Source: Phyllosticta citribraziliensis (taxonomy: Eukaryota). Taken from it: 64,000 nucleotides of DNA. The DNA is taken from positions 620,001-684,000 of the forward strand of contig NW_027117340.1 in NCBI RefSeq assembly GCF_038025025.1, in the 5' to 3' direction. This document shows, piece after piece, positions 60,187 through 64,000 of this stretch; within the stretch, counting starts at the first letter, position 1; each line of letters starts with the position of its first letter. The notes under the pieces are model-generated. The model was not told the DNA's origin and ran no database searches. It saw only the letters and a program-made list of their open reading frames with translations. A program made the position numbers and the translations under genes.

Positions 60187-60936
60187 TCAAGAATGGGTGT
60201 CTTCCACAGCCCTACTGTCCTGTTCAAGGAAATTTAAAGGCCACTTCCACCTGGACTGGTCCTGCTTTGGTTGTATCAACAAGATGGCTCGGAATCTGTT
60301 TCTTGGTCTGCCTCGACGAGGCCATGTGCGACTTCCATCCTTGACGGGAAAGATGGCCGGGTTGAGTCTGGACAAGACACGCTCATGAGCGATCTCTCCA
60401 ACAAAGAAGTGGACTGCAACGCACCTCCCGATCATTGAGGAAACAACTGGAAAAGCGCCAGCGATCCAAGAATGCGAGAGAGACAGGTCAGATACTCGGC
60501 CGCTATCCAAGGGGATTGGAAAACAGCAGCTCCCTTTGTCGCAACACGGAAACCTCAATACGTGAGGTGGCGAGCCAAATAGATTTGAATCGAGGCTGAG
60601 GTGTCTCCTTTCTCCTTCAGTGGCTGCCACGACAGTTGAAGAGCGTTGCATTCTGATTAGCCATGGACTTCGCGAGAACCTTTGGACGAGGGATCGGGTC
60701 TGAAAACAAAAAAGGCAAACAAGTGTCGTCTCAAGTTCATCGGCCTCGAGGAGGACTATCACGGGCAGGTTTCCGCTTTCACGAACGTTGTCCATCATTA
60801 GTGCCTTGACTTGATCCCCTTGGGCTTCTGTCATCCATTCCTTCTGAATCTTGCGTTCTGAACGTATGGGCAGTGTTAGCAGACGTGGACCATCCAGACA
60901 TTTCATGGGTCGACATGTTTGACAGCTGCTCCGCAA
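60187..60936 (-). CDS. Possible orphan gene or decayed gene fragment
   Basis: A 249-codon open frame of protein-like composition with nearby GCTAAC...CAG and CTGAC...CAG splice signals. No recognised domain and no consistent exon model. Confidence 0.25.
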   Translation of the reverse strand: MRSSCQTCRPMKCLDGPRLLTLPIRSERKIQKEWMTEAQGDQVKALMMDNVRESGNLPVIVLLEADELETTLVCLFCFQTRSLVQRFSRSPWLIRMQRSSTVVAATEGERRHLSLDSNLFGSPPHVLRFPCCDKGSCCFPIPLDSGRVSDLSLSHSWIAGAFPVVSSMIGRCVAVHFFVGEIAHERVLSRLNPAIFPVKDGSRTWPRRGRPRNRFRAILLIQPKQDQSRWKWPLNFLEQDSRAVEDTHS

Positions 60937-61308
60937 ACGAAGTGTCAGAAGAAACTAGCCTGTGACAATCAGACGTCACCCAGTTCAGCGCTCGCGAGGA
61001 CGGTGCAGAAGACTAGAGGGCTTGAGGCACCTGCAGGATCATCAACCAGCAAAGAAACGTTTCGGTGGTTGACTTGATTCCTCTATGACGTACCAAACAT
61101 CAAGAATAAACCGTGCTCCACAACTCCACGTCTGTACGTGTTTCCTGCTCGCCAAACAGGCACAGCGTTTGGTTTGAAACCGCCAGTCCCTCCGCTCCGT
61201 GCACATGTGAACCATACACTTTTTACCACACGACCCTCAAAGTCAAACACTCCAACGCCCGGCGATGGAACCACGGCCAAGGAATCCAAAAATGTAGGTT
61301 TATGCGTT

Positions 61309-62310
61309 TCATGGGCCAAGTCTTTGCGTCGAGCCCATCGGAATATTCTGCAGCGGCGTTGTCGAAGGCAGGACTCCGTACCTGCCAAACGTCGACTTAT
61401 CCACTGACACATAGTGTGGTAGCTTTCCGAGCAAATTGAGCTTGCTTTCGAGCCAGCGAAGTATCTTTTCAGGCGGTGCCAAAAATTTGATGTAGTTCAG
61501 TCCCCAAAGGTAGCCGATGGCAGCGCCGCAGAGGTGGCCGATCAGGCTCGTATTTGGGATCAGGAAGCTGGTTATGAGGATGGGAAAGAGCGGCGTCGTC
61601 CAGGTGGGGACTTTGTAAGGTCCTATGCTGGTGTGTGTGTTAGCACCTGCATGTTGTGGGCACGCGAGCGACCTTGCCTTAGATATGGATTTACACGGTG
61701 TGTCTTCACGGCCTCGACGGCGAGCAGGAGAAACACCCACACGCTACAACGCGATCAGCCAACTGGAGCTACGTCTCTTGAAGAGGTCCAAACCGTACCT
61801 GGCCCCTTGTACCGGTGTGTTGCCTCTAAAAATGCCACGTTCTATGAGAAGGTACATGACTCCGGGAAGGGTCGCGAACGCTACAAGAGTAAGCGATCAT
61901 CCAAGAGTCAGAGTCGCTTGAGACATACGCCCTGAAAAGAGGGAAAAGGATACGAGAGTGCCATGCTCGGATTCGAAACGCTCTAGCAGCGGGGTGATGG
62001 CGAGAAGGTTGATGAGTAGGTGGAAAAGACCGAGATGGGTGAAGGAGAACGTGTTGAGGCGATAGCCTGTCGCCGGGAAAGACGGAGTCAGCGGGAGAGA
62101 CGTTTGGAGACGTTGGGAGGGGGTATATGGACCTGTTGCTAAGCTGACTTGATCAGGAATCAGGGCGCACTTTTGGCGCAGGTCGGTCCATGGAATGCTC
62201 GCGAGATACAGCGCGACGATGATGAACAGAATGATGCGCGTGCAAAGCGGCAGGCGAAGCACGTATGAGCGCAGTCGCGCCGGATTCAAATTGGGTGCGG
62301 CGAAAGCCAT
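61309..62310 (-). CDS. RBD2: Rhomboid intramembrane serine protease, Rbd2-like; 5 exons, last intron GC-AG
   Basis: RLRSYVLRLPLCTR, YRLNTFSFTHLGLFHLLINL, LLERFESEHGTL, catalytic VQGA|SVWVF and GHLCG, and C-terminal LPHYVSVD...GRYGVLP...QRLGP*. Confidence 0.9.
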
Positions 62311-62499
62311 GGTGTTGCAGGGAGAAGAAGACGTCTCCTGTCGAGAAATGCCTGCCGTGGCTCTGCTGTCGTGACACGCGCCTCGACTGACGCCGCGCCG
62401 ATGATCCGGGGAAGCTTGAGCTCTCCTTGCACCTCGACTCGACAACCACACAAAAGATGCGGTAGCATCGCTCCTCCGCGCCCCCCTCCTCCCGCACCA

Positions 62500-64000
62500 A
62501 TGGCTTCGCTCAGTGAGTGCCCGAGTAGGCTTTCTCGGATCGCTATTCTTGGTACTGACCCTGTCGCCAGCTCCAGCCCTTCTTGGGCTCCGCCGTGATG
62601 CCCGCATCCTCAAGATCCCGCCCTACCTCTCCGCCCTGTGCATCATTGTCGGCGTCATTTGGCTGTTCATGCTGCCGTTGGACGACTACTCGCGCCAGAC
62701 GTACATTTCCGAAAACGCGCTCCTGCCGGGCCAGGTCCACACGTACTTTGGAGGGAGCGAACACAACGTATTTCGCGCCTACAGGCATGAAGTGCACGCG
62801 TTGGCAGAAAAGCCGCCTCAAGAGTACGTGGACTCCAATGCACAAGCAGGATTGATGGGGCTGAAAATTTCGCAGGCGCAATCAAATACTTGAGGACTTG
62901 ATGAGGTCCACTGGTCTCAAGACTGCGCATCAAAAGTACGAGTACCGCACGCCGGGCAAGGACGCCGTGGGCCAAAATACATATGGCCTCTTGCAAGGCC
63001 CGCGCGCCGATGCCACCGAGGCGGTGGTGCTTGTCGCCGCCTGGGAAACAACCAAGGGGGAGATCAACATGAGCGGTGTCGCTCTGGCTTTGACCCTCGC
63101 TCGATACTTCAAGAGTATGTCAAGTCTGTCCCATTTCGGGGTATCCAGTATGTTGACAAGGCTCAGGATGGTCATTGTGGTCCAAGGACATCATTGTCTT
63201 GATTGCTGGAGACAGTACGGCCGGATCACAAGCTTGGGTAGACGCCTACCACGACGCTCACGACCCGAGGACGGTTGAACCTCTGACGATCAAAAGCGGT
63301 GCACTACAGGGCGCCGTAGCCATCGAGTATCCAGCTGGGCCTTGGGGCCACCGGTACGACAAGATTCACGTCCTCTACGATGGCATCAACGGGCAGCTCC
63401 CGAACCTCGATCTTTTCAACACGGCCGTTTCTATTGCAAGCAGCCAGGTTGGTATCGGATGCACCTTGCAGCGCATGTGGGACCACGAGGACACCTACAA
63501 GGAACGACTTCAAACCATACTTCGAGGCATGATCAGCCAAGGCCTCGGTCACGCGTCTGGTCCTCACAGCGCGTTCATTCCCTACCACGTAGATGCCCTC
63601 ACCCTTCAAACTGTCGGGGACGGCTGGCACGACGAAATGTCCCTAGGCCGCACGGTCGAAAGCATTTTCCGCAGTCTCAACAACCTGCTTGAACATCTTC
63701 ACCAAAGCTTTTTCTTCTATCTCCTCATGCAGGCTAATCGCTTCGTGAGCATTGGCACCTACCTCCCGTCAGCCATGCTCATCGCCGTCAACTTTACAAT
63801 AATCTCAATAGCTCTCTGGATCGAGAGTGGGCGCCCCCCAAGTCCCCCTACGAAAGTCGCGTCGACCGAAAAAAGCAAAGCCGAAAAGGAGCCAGAAATG
63901 ACACTGATCAAGTCTGGCAAAGATGTTTCGCTCGTCCCGTCCAGCAACCTCACGATAGTCGAACGTAGCATGTTCCTCCCTCTATCTTTTGTCGCTGGGG
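62500..64000 (+). CDS. GAA1: GPI transamidase subunit Gaa1; continues beyond the window
   Basis: Motifs LPLDDYSRQTYISENALLPGQVHTYF, GQNTYGLLQGPRADATEAVVL, WSLWSKDIIVL, YDGINGQLPNLDLFN and FRSLNNLLEHLHQSFFFYLL. Confidence 0.95.

Noticed and set aside
1096..64000. GUP1 and GAA1, both GPI-related, in one window as a possible functional cluster
   Set aside because: They are about 59 kb apart with unrelated housekeeping genes between them, so the co-occurrence is most likely coincidental.

Overview
Eukaryotic DNA from a filamentous ascomycete (Pezizomycotina-like: short GT-AG introns with CTRAC branch sites, GC-rich coding sequence). Manual splicing of the ORF fragments supports about 17 protein genes. 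In order: GUP1-like MBOAT (-), ARP4 (+), SMC4 (+), a BTB protein with a Cys/His-rich tail (-), a 3xKH hnRNP-K/Rnc1-like protein (-), a CENP-K-like protein (+), RPL29 (+), a hypothetical protein (+), a Grainyhead/CP2 transcription factor (+), ureidoglycolate lyase (-), aldose 1-epimerase (-), an Fcr1-like Zn2Cys6 factor (-), a PTP1-like phosphatase (-), a 79-aa four-exon Mrx7-like microprotein (+), rhomboid RBD2 (-) and GAA1 (+, runs off the window), plus one weak orphan ORF. There is also an intron-containing tRNA-Ser(UGA). Three gene-poor stretches (26.7-34.4, 35.3-44.8 and 47.7-56.2 kb) make up a large part of the window. The best candidate for something undescribed is a pair of long (about 330-370 nt) imperfect fold-back elements at 38.36-38.73 kb and 55.15-55.48 kb. 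Both lie in gene deserts and share a similar CCTA(A)GCTTA-rich motif that is looped out of the stem, so they may be structured ncRNAs or milRNA precursors. Other points of interest are two GC-AG introns, a putative 3'-UTR intron in the KH gene (possible NMD autoregulation), a (CG)n Z-DNA tract and two G-quadruplex motifs. Family assignments come from motif recognition by eye, not database searches. No intact transposon, rRNA or CRISPR array was seen.
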